A stretch of DNA of 64,000 bases from an uncultured Clostridia bacterium (lineage in GTDB: Bacteria; Bacillota; Clostridia; Christensenellales; UBA1242). The stretch is taken from positions 4,049 to 68,048 of the forward strand of contig CANSRZ010000002.1 of assembly GCA_947649575.1 (NCBI GenBank), in the 5' to 3' direction. Positions within the stretch are counted from its first letter, which is position 1. Every line of letters begins with the position of its first letter. Made by a program: the position numbers and the translations under genes. A model generated the notes under the pieces. That model searched no databases, was not told the DNA's origin, and saw nothing but the letters and a program-made list of their open reading frames with translations. Positions 56,165 through 64,000 of this stretch are shown here, in pieces.

Positions 56165-56914
56165 ATGAAAACAAATTACACAGCAATCAAACTTAACAAC
56201 GAAATTGAATTGCAAGATTATTTAAAAACACAGATTTCAAAAGTAAATAAAATGGCAGAATGCAATATTTTGATTCACCAAATTAACAATTTTGATGATT
56301 TTAATAACCAAAATCATAAAGAAGTCGAAATGCGAAAAATGCACTCAATCATCAAAAGTGGTTTGCGTGTCAGTCAGTATGCAAGCATTTTTGGAACTAT
56401 GAAACTGCTGGGCTCTTCAAAAGATAATATTGCAAACAAAATTGTAAATTATAAATTTTATAACAATCAAAGTTTTGTTAATTGTCTTTTTGCCATTCCA
56501 AAGTTTATAAAAATTGGAGAAAAAAGTTATGAATATTCCTCTTTCAATGGAAAATCCTCAGCAGATATCCCTACAGAGCTTGAAGCTGAATATAGAAAGC
56601 ATGGAGGATTGCCAATGTTAAGACACGCAAAGTGTTGTTTGTTGGATGTAATAAAAGGTTTTGACGAATTGCCAAATTATTATTTACTTGGCACAATTTA
56701 TAAAGAAAAAGACAACAGCTTTTATTACATCAATCCTCAAACTCACCTTTCAGAACTTCCAAAAGAATCTTATGCAAAATTTTGCCAAAAAATTGACGAA
56801 AAATTGCAAGCTGTTTTCAAAAGTTCTCAAACAAATGATATAAAACAAATTATTGTGAAATCTTATTTAAACGAAGAAGCAATGCGAGATCAAGAATTTC
56901 TGGATTTTGATTAA
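56165..56914 (+). CDS. Hypothetical protein (249 aa)
   Basis: Long ORF with SD aagagga. No motif recognised. Confidence 0.55.
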   Translation: MKTNYTAIKLNNEIELQDYLKTQISKVNKMAECNILIHQINNFDDFNNQNHKEVEMRKMHSIIKSGLRVSQYASIFGTMKLLGSSKDNIANKIVNYKFYNNQSFVNCLFAIPKFIKIGEKSYEYSSFNGKSSADIPTELEAEYRKHGGLPMLRHAKCCLLDVIKGFDELPNYYLLGTIYKEKDNSFYYINPQTHLSELPKESYAKFCQKIDEKLQAVFKSSQTNDIKQIIVKSYLNEEAMRDQEFLDFD

Positions 56915-57056
56915 AAAAACTGTTGCTTAATTTTTGTTATATAATGTTTAAATTTTCAAAATTAAAAGAAATAATAAACTTAAATTTTTAAAACGCGCTA
57001 TAATGTTGATAAGTTAAACTACAACAATGATATCTTAGCCCCAATATTGTCAAGTT

Positions 57057-59345
57057 TTATGTTTCAAAAATTTTAATAACAAGACAGGTCATATCGTCAA
57101 CTGCATAGCCATTATTGCTTGCTAAGGCGCGTTCCAAAATTTTATCAGCAAACTCTTGTGGGTTTGCTGTTTTTATGCTTAACACAAAATCTTTAAGTTC
57201 GGCGTCGCTTGCAAAGGAATCACTCACTCCGTCACTGAAAAGAATTATCATATCTTTTTCATTAAGCACCGCTTTGTTTGTTGAGGCAACAGCCTCTTGC
57301 AACACTCCAACCGGCAAAGCTCCGCCCTCAACAGTAACGCATTCCTCTTCCTTTCTTATCAAGCTTAACGGACTGCCCATTTTGACAAAATCGGCAATCC
57401 CCTTTTTAAGGTCAACAACGCAAACATCAATAGTTGAAAACACATCGTCTTTTTCAAGATTTAACAATTTGTTGACGCTAGATAATATAATATCATTTTC
57501 GAACCCTGCTTTGTAGAAATTTTCTATCAAACTGATAGTTGTTTCACTTTTTTCGTTGGCTTTATCTCCGCTACCCATTCCGTCGCAAAGCGCAAACAAA
57601 AATCTGTCACTATCTAAGCGCAACACACTATGGCAATCGCCTGAAATGTTAGCGCCTCCTTTATTGCAACTGCTAAGCCCAAAAATACAGTCAAATCTAG
57701 GTGCGGTCGCAAGATTTATAGTGACAAGCCCTGCTTTGCCTGACGGATAATTTTCTATAACCGTCATCTTTCCGCCACAAATTTTGCCAACCACTTCGGG
57801 AATTTTTATACGCTGGCTGTCCTCATCTCGAACTATTAAAGAAGCAAGCGTTGTTCTATTGTTTTTCTCATAAACAACGGCGTCAGTACAAAGAATATTA
57901 TTTATAGCAAGTTCGTCAATGATTTTATTCTCGCGAACTGTGTCAAATGATATATTTGCTTCAACATCTCCTGCCAAATTTTTGAGAATTTGGGACATTC
58001 CGCTCAACTGGTCTGAAATTAACATTTTTGAAGTGTCCACATTTGACACCAAACTTGAATAGCTTTTATACTGTCCTGACAAAGTGTTAATTTGGCTTAT
58101 TAGGGAATTAACCTTATTGCAACGTGAACTTAAATAACTTGGAATATCTAAAAGTGTAATTTTCCCACGTTGCATGGCAATTGCAACCAGTTCCTCAAAA
58201 GTTTCTTGTGTGTCACGCGCAAATGTTCTATGGCAATGCCCTCTGTCTGGGCAGTTTTTGCAAACATCAGATTTAACTTCTTCATAAAGCAAAGTCTTTA
58301 CTTCGTCTGGTGACAACTGCTTTTTGATAAGTCTTTTAAACACCTCATCCATATCACAAAAAACCTCAGACAGATTGCAAATATGTCTATGCAAAACTTC
58401 TCGCGAACGGTTAAGCAAGTTTTTACTGGCAAGCCTGTCATTGTTATATGCAAGCAGTGTTGCAATTGCGTTGTAGAAGCCTGTCGGAAGAAACAAAAAT
58501 ATTACACAGCCTACAAGCACAGCAACAATCTCTAAAATTGTGTACATGTAATATAAATTAAACACAAAGCCAATTAGCAGGTCAGTGGCAATAAGTGCCA
58601 AAAATGGCAATATTCTTTGTCTACATTTGAAAGCGGAAATTGCAAGAGCCCACAATATAAATGGCGCAATAAACACTGGATTTCCACTGCCCAGCATAGT
58701 TCCGAAACCTAAAAGGCCAGCCACTAAACAGGTTATGTTTGCTTTTGTTGTATAAGAAATTGTTAAAAGTAAAAAAGTTACAAAAGTTTTAAGAATGCTA
58801 TATCCATAAATATCAAAACCTGCAAGACCATCACTGATTGCAAGCAAAATAACAGCTCCACAAATAAGTTCCAAACTTGTCAACTTGTAGGCAAAGCCCC
58901 TGATTAATATTGGCTCAAAAATATGAATGCAACAATACATAAACAGCACGCATGCTAACGCGCCTGCAACAATTACAAAAGGATTTATTCCGTTAAGTGC
59001 AGAAAATACTATTGTTGAGGTTTGAGCAAGCACGCAAAAAATACCAAGTTCCCATTTGCGAATGCGTTTTTTGCATAGCACATGAATGTAAAACGGCAAA
59101 GCTATGCAAACAATAGCGTTAAGCGCAATCATTATGCTTTCAAAAGAAAGGTGGCTTGCCATTGTAGCCAACAAAAAAGCAGGGCAAACCAGCCAAACCT
59201 TTTGCTCGCCCCAAATAAGCGCAAACATCAATCCTATTGAAAAGGGATATATTATTCCACTAATCGACGCATGCTCCACAACAAAAAACAGCAGAAAATA
59301 ACCCACAAACAAAAAAAGATAAATCCACTTTCCTAACTTTTGCAT
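57057..59345 (-). CDS. spoIIE: Stage II sporulation protein E (membrane PP2C phosphatase)
   Basis: 762 aa. The N-terminal ~300 aa are polytopic. The C-terminal PP2C domain has GDCHSV...FALCDGMGSGDKA...LFSDGVSD...DDMTCLV. Confidence 0.85.
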   Translation of the reverse strand: MQKLGKWIYLFLFVGYFLLFFVVEHASISGIIYPFSIGLMFALIWGEQKVWLVCPAFLLATMASHLSFESIMIALNAIVCIALPFYIHVLCKKRIRKWELGIFCVLAQTSTIVFSALNGINPFVIVAGALACVLFMYCCIHIFEPILIRGFAYKLTSLELICGAVILLAISDGLAGFDIYGYSILKTFVTFLLLTISYTTKANITCLVAGLLGFGTMLGSGNPVFIAPFILWALAISAFKCRQRILPFLALIATDLLIGFVFNLYYMYTILEIVAVLVGCVIFLFLPTGFYNAIATLLAYNNDRLASKNLLNRSREVLHRHICNLSEVFCDMDEVFKRLIKKQLSPDEVKTLLYEEVKSDVCKNCPDRGHCHRTFARDTQETFEELVAIAMQRGKITLLDIPSYLSSRCNKVNSLISQINTLSGQYKSYSSLVSNVDTSKMLISDQLSGMSQILKNLAGDVEANISFDTVRENKIIDELAINNILCTDAVVYEKNNRTTLASLIVRDEDSQRIKIPEVVGKICGGKMTVIENYPSGKAGLVTINLATAPRFDCIFGLSSCNKGGANISGDCHSVLRLDSDRFLFALCDGMGSGDKANEKSETTISLIENFYKAGFENDIILSSVNKLLNLEKDDVFSTIDVCVVDLKKGIADFVKMGSPLSLIRKEEECVTVEGGALPVGVLQEAVASTNKAVLNEKDMIILFSDGVSDSFASDAELKDFVLSIKTANPQEFADKILERALASNNGYAVDDMTCLVIKIFET

Positions 59346-59495
59346 ATAAAACTCCTAGTTTGATTATAAAACAGTATGCAAAATTCACTATTATACATTC
59401 TTGTCACAATTTGTAGTAAACTGTTTAATTTGAAAGAATTTTAATAAGCCATATTTTCAGTTGAAGATTTTATCTCAATATGTTAAAATAATTGC

Positions 59496-60335
59496 ATGAA
59501 ATGTTTTGACTGCCCAAGAGAATGCGGAGTTGACAGAACTGAAAAGCTTGGCTTCTGCCGAGAACAAAGCAATATTCGCATTTCCAAAATTATAGAGAAT
59601 TTTATGTGGGAAGAGCCTTGTATAACTGGTGAGAAAGGTGTGCTTGCCATATTCTTTTCTGGCTGTAATCTTAGGTGCAAGTTTTGCCAAAACTATGAAA
59701 TTTCGCACATTGGCAAAGGCGAAAGTTACACTCCAAAAGAGTTTAAAGACTTGCTACTTTCCTATGACTTAACAAAATTTTCTGCAATCGACCTTATCAC
59801 GCCGTCGCAATTTTCAAGCCAAATTTATGAGGCATTGAAAGATATAAACTTGCCAATCCCAATTGTCTGGAACAGTAACGGCTATGAAAAAGTTGAAACA
59901 ATAAACAAAGTCAGTCAAGTTGTCGACGTTTTTCTTGTAGACTTTAAATATTATGACAGCAAACTGTCAGAGGAGCTTTCTTGTGCAAAAGACTATTTTG
60001 CAATTGCCAGTCAAGCGATAACGCAAATGAGCCTGCTTAAAGAGAATATTTTTGAAAAGGATTTGCTTAAACAAGGAGTTCTCATCAGGCATTTGGTTAT
60101 CCCTGGTCACAGCAATGACAGCTGTAAAGTTTTGGATTTTATAAAGCAAAATATAAAAAGTCCTATTATTGCATTGATGAGCCAATTTACGCCAATTCCG
60201 CAAAGCCCTATTCAAAGAAAACTTTTGCCTTTAGAATTCAAGGCTGTGTGTGCTCATGCAAAGAAACTAGGGCTTGACAGGGGCTATTTTCAAGAACTTT
60301 CATCATCTTCTAAAGATTTTATCCCAAAGTTTTAA
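59496..60335 (+). CDS. Radical SAM protein, PflX-like (pyruvate formate-lyase activase-related)
   Basis: 279 aa with N-terminal CPRECGVDR...GFC and the radical SAM cluster motif GCNLRCKFCQN. Confidence 0.7.
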   Translation: MKCFDCPRECGVDRTEKLGFCREQSNIRISKIIENFMWEEPCITGEKGVLAIFFSGCNLRCKFCQNYEISHIGKGESYTPKEFKDLLLSYDLTKFSAIDLITPSQFSSQIYEALKDINLPIPIVWNSNGYEKVETINKVSQVVDVFLVDFKYYDSKLSEELSCAKDYFAIASQAITQMSLLKENIFEKDLLKQGVLIRHLVIPGHSNDSCKVLDFIKQNIKSPIIALMSQFTPIPQSPIQRKLLPLEFKAVCAHAKKLGLDRGYFQELSSSSKDFIPKF

Positions 60336-60378
60336 AAAAATGTTTGACTTTTTTAAATTAAGTTGATATTCTTATTAT

Positions 60379-60708
60379 ATGAAAATAACTGACGTTTCTG
60401 CAAAATATAAAAAATATATGAAAGCAAGACTTTCAACAATCCGAATTGCAGGGATTGCTATCTCTTTGGTGCTTGCTGTTATGATGATTATGCCATATCT
60501 TGGACTGCCAATCAATCGCTTGGTCAATGGCATAACTTTGACATATCTTTCAGGCTTTTTATTCACTCACAATTCACGCTATCAAGAGCTTTGCCACAAT
60601 AAGGGCTGGGCGCGTGCAAACAGAGTGTTGGCATTCTTGATGTATATGGCAACAATTGCCTTGCTTATTCTTTTTATATTAACTGAATATGTTGGCATAC
60701 AATTATAA
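60379..60708 (+). CDS. Small membrane protein (109 aa, 3 TM)
   Basis: Hydrophobic ORF. No family recognised. Confidence 0.5.
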   Translation: MKITDVSAKYKKYMKARLSTIRIAGIAISLVLAVMMIMPYLGLPINRLVNGITLTYLSGFLFTHNSRYQELCHNKGWARANRVLAFLMYMATIALLILFILTEYVGIQL

Positions 60709-60720
60709 CTTATAAAAAAC

Positions 60721-60747
60721 AAAAGCACCAATAATATTGGTGCTTTT
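60721..60747. terminator. Bidirectional intrinsic terminator
   Basis: aaaagcaccaat-aat-attggtgctttt. Confidence 0.6.
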
Positions 60748-61084
60748 ATATTATAACAATAGTTATTCCAGGGTTACTTTTATTTAAATCCTCATCAAGA
60801 GCAATGCTTTTGTCTCGACCAAGTGCAAACATTGTTTTTTCATCAAACATGTTCCATTTGTCTCCCCCAAAATAGTCTGTTATTTTATTTTGTTTTTTCA
60901 AGGTTGCAAGTCTTTTTCTTAACTGCAACAAAATAGCACCGCCCTTGCCATGAGAGCCATAGCCATGCAAAATTTTGAGAACAGAAACATTCTCTTTTAC
61001 AGCATTTTCTATTTCAATCTCAACAACAGCCAGTGCATAATCCACAGTGGGATTGTTTTCTTTCAGATTAATAAATTTCAACAT
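60746..61084 (-). CDS. Smr-domain protein
   Basis: 112 aa. KILHGYGSHGKGGAILLQLRKRL and the C-terminal NPGITIVII fit the Smr/MutS2 C-terminal pattern. Confidence 0.5.
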   Translation of the reverse strand: MLKFINLKENNPTVDYALAVVEIEIENAVKENVSVLKILHGYGSHGKGGAILLQLRKRLATLKKQNKITDYFGGDKWNMFDEKTMFALGRDKSIALDEDLNKSNPGITIVII

Positions 61085-61135
61085 AGTTACATAATAGCTT
61101 AATTTGAAAACTTTTGCAACTTAAATTAAAATATT

Positions 61136-61879
61136 TTAACCCTCCATCAACATTTTGTCTGCAATCAAAGCAATAAGCTCGCCATTTGTAGGCTTTTCAT
61201 TGCTGTTATAGATTTTTAAGCCAAACAATGCATTGATGTTTTCAATTTTGCCTCTGTTCCAAGCCACTTCAATAGCATGGCGCATTCCGCGCTCCACCTT
61301 GCTTGAACTTGTTTCAAAACGCTCTGCAATGGTTGGATAAAGCTTTTTAGTGATTGACCCGATAATATCAGGTTCTTCAACAGCAAGTTTGACAGCCTCT
61401 CTCAAAAACTGATAACCCTTGATGTTTGCAGGAATTCCAATGCTGATAAAGATATTAGAAATCTTTTCGTCAAGCCCACGATCCACAGAATGCTCGGCCG
61501 AAGAAGAAACAATATCTTTAATTCTCGCCTCTATATTTTCAGGTGAAATAGGCTTGATCATAAAATAGCTTGCCCCGTCTTTCATTGCTTTTGAAACAAA
61601 ACCGCTGTGAGATAAATGAGAAACAAAGATAACTTTTGGCAAATTGTTCCCCATTTGTTTTTTAAGATTATCAAGCACCATAAATCCGTCCATTTCTGGC
61701 AACATAACTTCCATGATAAGAAAGTCTGGTTTGAGTTGTAGAACTTCTTTTACAACTTGATTTCCATTTTTTGCAGAGCCCACAACGCTAAACTTTGAAC
61801 TATTAGAAAAATAGTCCACAATGTTTTTGCATTCCTCTGCGTCAGCAACATAAATTTTCATAGTGTTTTCCTTTTCCAT
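61136..61879 (-). CDS. spo0A: Sporulation master regulator Spo0A (atypical receiver: Glu at the phospho-acceptor position)
   Basis: 247 aa. The diagnostic effector domain reads GIPANIKGYQFLREAV...SSSKVERGMRHAIEVAWNRG...KPTNGELIALIADK. The receiver reads ...KPDFLIMEVMLPEMDGF. SD is aaggag. Confidence 0.9.
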   Translation of the reverse strand: MEKENTMKIYVADAEECKNIVDYFSNSSKFSVVGSAKNGNQVVKEVLQLKPDFLIMEVMLPEMDGFMVLDNLKKQMGNNLPKVIFVSHLSHSGFVSKAMKDGASYFMIKPISPENIEARIKDIVSSSAEHSVDRGLDEKISNIFISIGIPANIKGYQFLREAVKLAVEEPDIIGSITKKLYPTIAERFETSSSKVERGMRHAIEVAWNRGKIENINALFGLKIYNSNEKPTNGELIALIADKMLMEG

Positions 61880-62136
61880 TTTTACGCTCCTTTTTTCTTT
61901 GAACTAGAAATATAATACCACTATATTAAAAAAAATTAAATTAATATAGCTGCTATAAAAATTCGAATTTTGTTGCTTTTTGTCACATTTTGTTGAATGC
62001 TATAAAATTTTGAAATTTCGACATCTTTTTAATCCAAAAAACTCTTTTTAAGTCTATAAATCAATGATTTTCGAATATTGTGATTTTTATTGTAGTTTGT
62101 CCACTTTTTACTGCAAAATCTTGTCTTTTTGTTGTG

Positions 62137-62340
62137 CTATTTCTCTTTCTTTTCTTTGAAGTTTTGACAAATCCGTGACTGATATTCTATCAAGGCGATA
62201 TTGGATGACAGTGTAGATAAAAACTGTCTTATTGTGCAAAGGTCGCTCAGATTAAATTTATGCGCCAAGCACAATGCCAAAGAAGATGCAAGTGCAACAA
62301 GCTCCTCAGCTTCCATTTCAAGTTTGCTTTCTTTTTCCAT
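62137..62340 (-). CDS. Small hypothetical protein (67 aa)
   Basis: ORF only. No family recognised. Confidence 0.35.
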   Translation of the reverse strand: MEKESKLEMEAEELVALASSLALCLAHKFNLSDLCTIRQFLSTLSSNIALIEYQSRICQNFKEKKEK

Positions 62341-62429
62341 AACATTATTTATGCAAAAAGTGGTGAAACATTGAATTTTTATTTGATTTATTGCAAATTT
62401 TCGCTATAATATAAAAAAGGAGAAACCCT

Positions 62430-62972
62430 ATGTTAGTGTTTTTATCAGGCATTTCAGCCTCTGGCAAGGGAACTGTTATTGCTGAACTTGCCAAACAATT
62501 GCCAAATCTGCAATTTTTTAAATCGGCAACAACGCGTCCACGCAGAGAAAATGAGGATGCATATATTTATCTTACTCAAGAGGAATTTGACCAAAAAGTT
62601 CAAAACGACGAGTTCTTTGAAACCGAGCCAGTTCATGGATTTTATTATGGAGTTTTAAATCAATCATTGGATATGATTATAGCCCAGCCAGATAAAATCT
62701 TTATCAAAGACATTGATGTGCACGGCATGGAACGCATTGTGAAATTTTTGAAAGGCAAAGCAAAAGTAATTACAATCTTTTTGGATGCGCCTGACAATGT
62801 TTTATATGACAGACTGATTAAACGCGGCGAAAGCCCTGAACGTGCCACAATCAGACTGCAACGTGGGCAACTTGAACGCTCATACAAAGACAAATATAAC
62901 CACGTGATTGAAAATATTGATTTAGACAAAACGGTAAACTTGATAAAAGAGATTATATTAAAATCAATGTAA
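62430..62972 (+). CDS. Guanylate kinase-family protein
   Basis: 180 aa. The P-loop is LSGISASGKGT, followed by SATTRPRRENE..YIYLTQEEF and E....GFYYG. SD is aaggag. Confidence 0.65.
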   Translation: MLVFLSGISASGKGTVIAELAKQLPNLQFFKSATTRPRRENEDAYIYLTQEEFDQKVQNDEFFETEPVHGFYYGVLNQSLDMIIAQPDKIFIKDIDVHGMERIVKFLKGKAKVITIFLDAPDNVLYDRLIKRGESPERATIRLQRGQLERSYKDKYNHVIENIDLDKTVNLIKEIILKSM

Positions 62973-63143
62973 GTATAATAAAAAATCTTATGTGATTAAA
63001 CTTTGAAATTAACAAAAAAGAGTTTTGCTAGTTTTGCAAAACCCTTTTGCAGTTGAAAAAGTTAAAGAAAAAACCTAAGCCATTTTTGGTTTAGGTTTTC
63101 TCTTATTTCCGCTATTTAAAAACGGACAAACTAAGTTCTGTTT

Positions 63144-64000
63144 TTATTTTGATAAATTCAAGCGTTTTGTGACTTCTTCCTCGCCAAGCACTTGCATAAT
63201 ATCAAACAATGTTGGAGAATTTTTTCTGCCTGTTAGGGCAAGCCTTACAAACTCGCACGCTTTGGCAGTGTTGCCTTTATAGTTTTCAGGATGTTCTTTA
63301 TACGCTTTATTGTCAATGGCATAACCCAATTTGTCTGCCACTTGTTTAACTTCCTCAAACCACTCCTCATTTGATGCTGGCATTTTGAAATTCTCGGCAT
63401 AGACATTTATAAACTCTTTATAAAGCTTTTTGTCTGCCTTGTCAATTTCTGATTTTTTAGGAGCTTCAAACATATAGTCAAAATACTCTTCAATCATGCT
63501 GTAGCAATAAATATCTTTTCTTGGCTTTGGTTTATCACGGTCAATTGTGCAGACCTTGATAAAATATTCTTTGCCAAGTTTAAGTTTTTTGGCAAGCTCT
63601 GGATTAAACTCCTCTGCCCATGCAAGCCAGTTTTTGTAAAGCACTTCACCGCTCATCTTTGCAATAACATTTTTTGATACATCTGCAAGTTTGACAAGGT
63701 CAAACACTGGAGTAACAGCGGTGATATCATTGACTCCAAATGTAAACTTGCGCCAATTCAAATCAGGATTTTTTAAACGCCAAGGTTCAAAGCCAGAATT
63801 TATGATATTCAACAAATATTCAAGCACAGCATCAGCTGGATAACCTTTTTCAAAATAGAAAATCATATTTGCTTCTGGGTCATAGCGTTTTGAAATTTTG
63901 CGTCTATTGCCATTTTCTGCAATCTTGCAAATAAGAGGATTATGGCAATATGAAATTGGCTTAAAGCCAAGTGCTTCAAAAATTTCAAGATGAACAGGAG
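63144..64000 (-). CDS. gltX: Glutamate--tRNA ligase, C-terminal part (N-terminus beyond the window edge)
   Basis: The frame stays open upstream of the track's Met. Minus-strand translation of 63867-64000 gives ...PVHLEIFEALGFKPISYCHNPLICKIAENGNRRKISKRYDPEAN, where KISKR is the KMSKS-type loop. The downstream anticodon-binding region is GluRS-like. Confidence 0.7.
   Translation of the reverse strand, partial: PVHLEIFEALGFKPISYCHNPLICKIAENGNRRKISKRYDPEANMIFYFEKGYPADAVLEYLLNIINSGFEPWRLKNPDLNWRKFTFGVNDITAVTPVFDLVKLADVSKNVIAKMSGEVLYKNWLAWAEEFNPELAKKLKLGKEYFIKVCTIDRDKPKPRKDIYCYSMIEEYFDYMFEAPKKSEIDKADKKLYKEFINVYAENFKMPASNEEWFEEVKQVADKLGYAIDNKAYKEHPENYKGNTAKACEFVRLALTGRKNSPTLFDIMQVLGEEEVTKRLNLSK

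Overview
This 64-kb chromosomal window comes from a low-GC, standard-code Firmicute of an endospore-forming lineage (Clostridia-like). It carries spoIIP, yabP-yabQ, spoIIE and spo0A.

**Giant genes.** About 40% of the window is two giant minus-strand surface-protein genes.
- The first spans 1..15746. It is missing from the supplied ORF track only because its reading frame has no stop before the window edge. It has at least 5,248 codons in the window, and its C-terminus lies outside.
- The second spans 29527..39669 and encodes a lipoprotein of about 3,380 aa.
- Both carry a GLUG-like beta-helix module, at opposite ends of the protein. Both sit behind long, extremely AT-rich upstream regions.

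**Housekeeping genes.** These include a T-box-controlled aspS-asnS operon, uvrB, an IMPase-family gene, a CaCA antiporter, an RluA-family pseudouridine synthase, an ABC exporter, a PflX-like radical SAM gene, a gmk-like gene and a gltX fragment at the right edge.

**Accessory or odd regions.**
1. The tRNA-Asn locus (41.7-42.25 kb) is scrambled. An intact tRNA-Asn sits between the 5' and 3' pieces of a disrupted copy. The arrangement is bracketed by two ~59-nt structured direct repeats, and a further T-arm/acceptor fragment lies downstream.
2. A mosaic at 47.7-57 kb runs XRE - M60-like peptidase - tRNA-Arg - orphan type IV coupling protein - tRNA-Leu - SUKH/SMI1-like immunity cassette flanked by a duplicated tRNA-Leu 3' end - unknown ORF.
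3. The Spo0A orthologue has Glu in place of the phospho-acceptor Asp.
4. A P-loop kinase-CYTH fusion lies behind an NrtR-like Nudix regulator.
5. A cluster of small ORFs at 25.3-27.4 kb includes a very Cys-rich protein.

**Not found.** I recognised no rRNA, CRISPR array, integrase, transposase or reverse transcriptase.

**Limits.** All family calls are motif recognition by eye. No database search or folding program was run.
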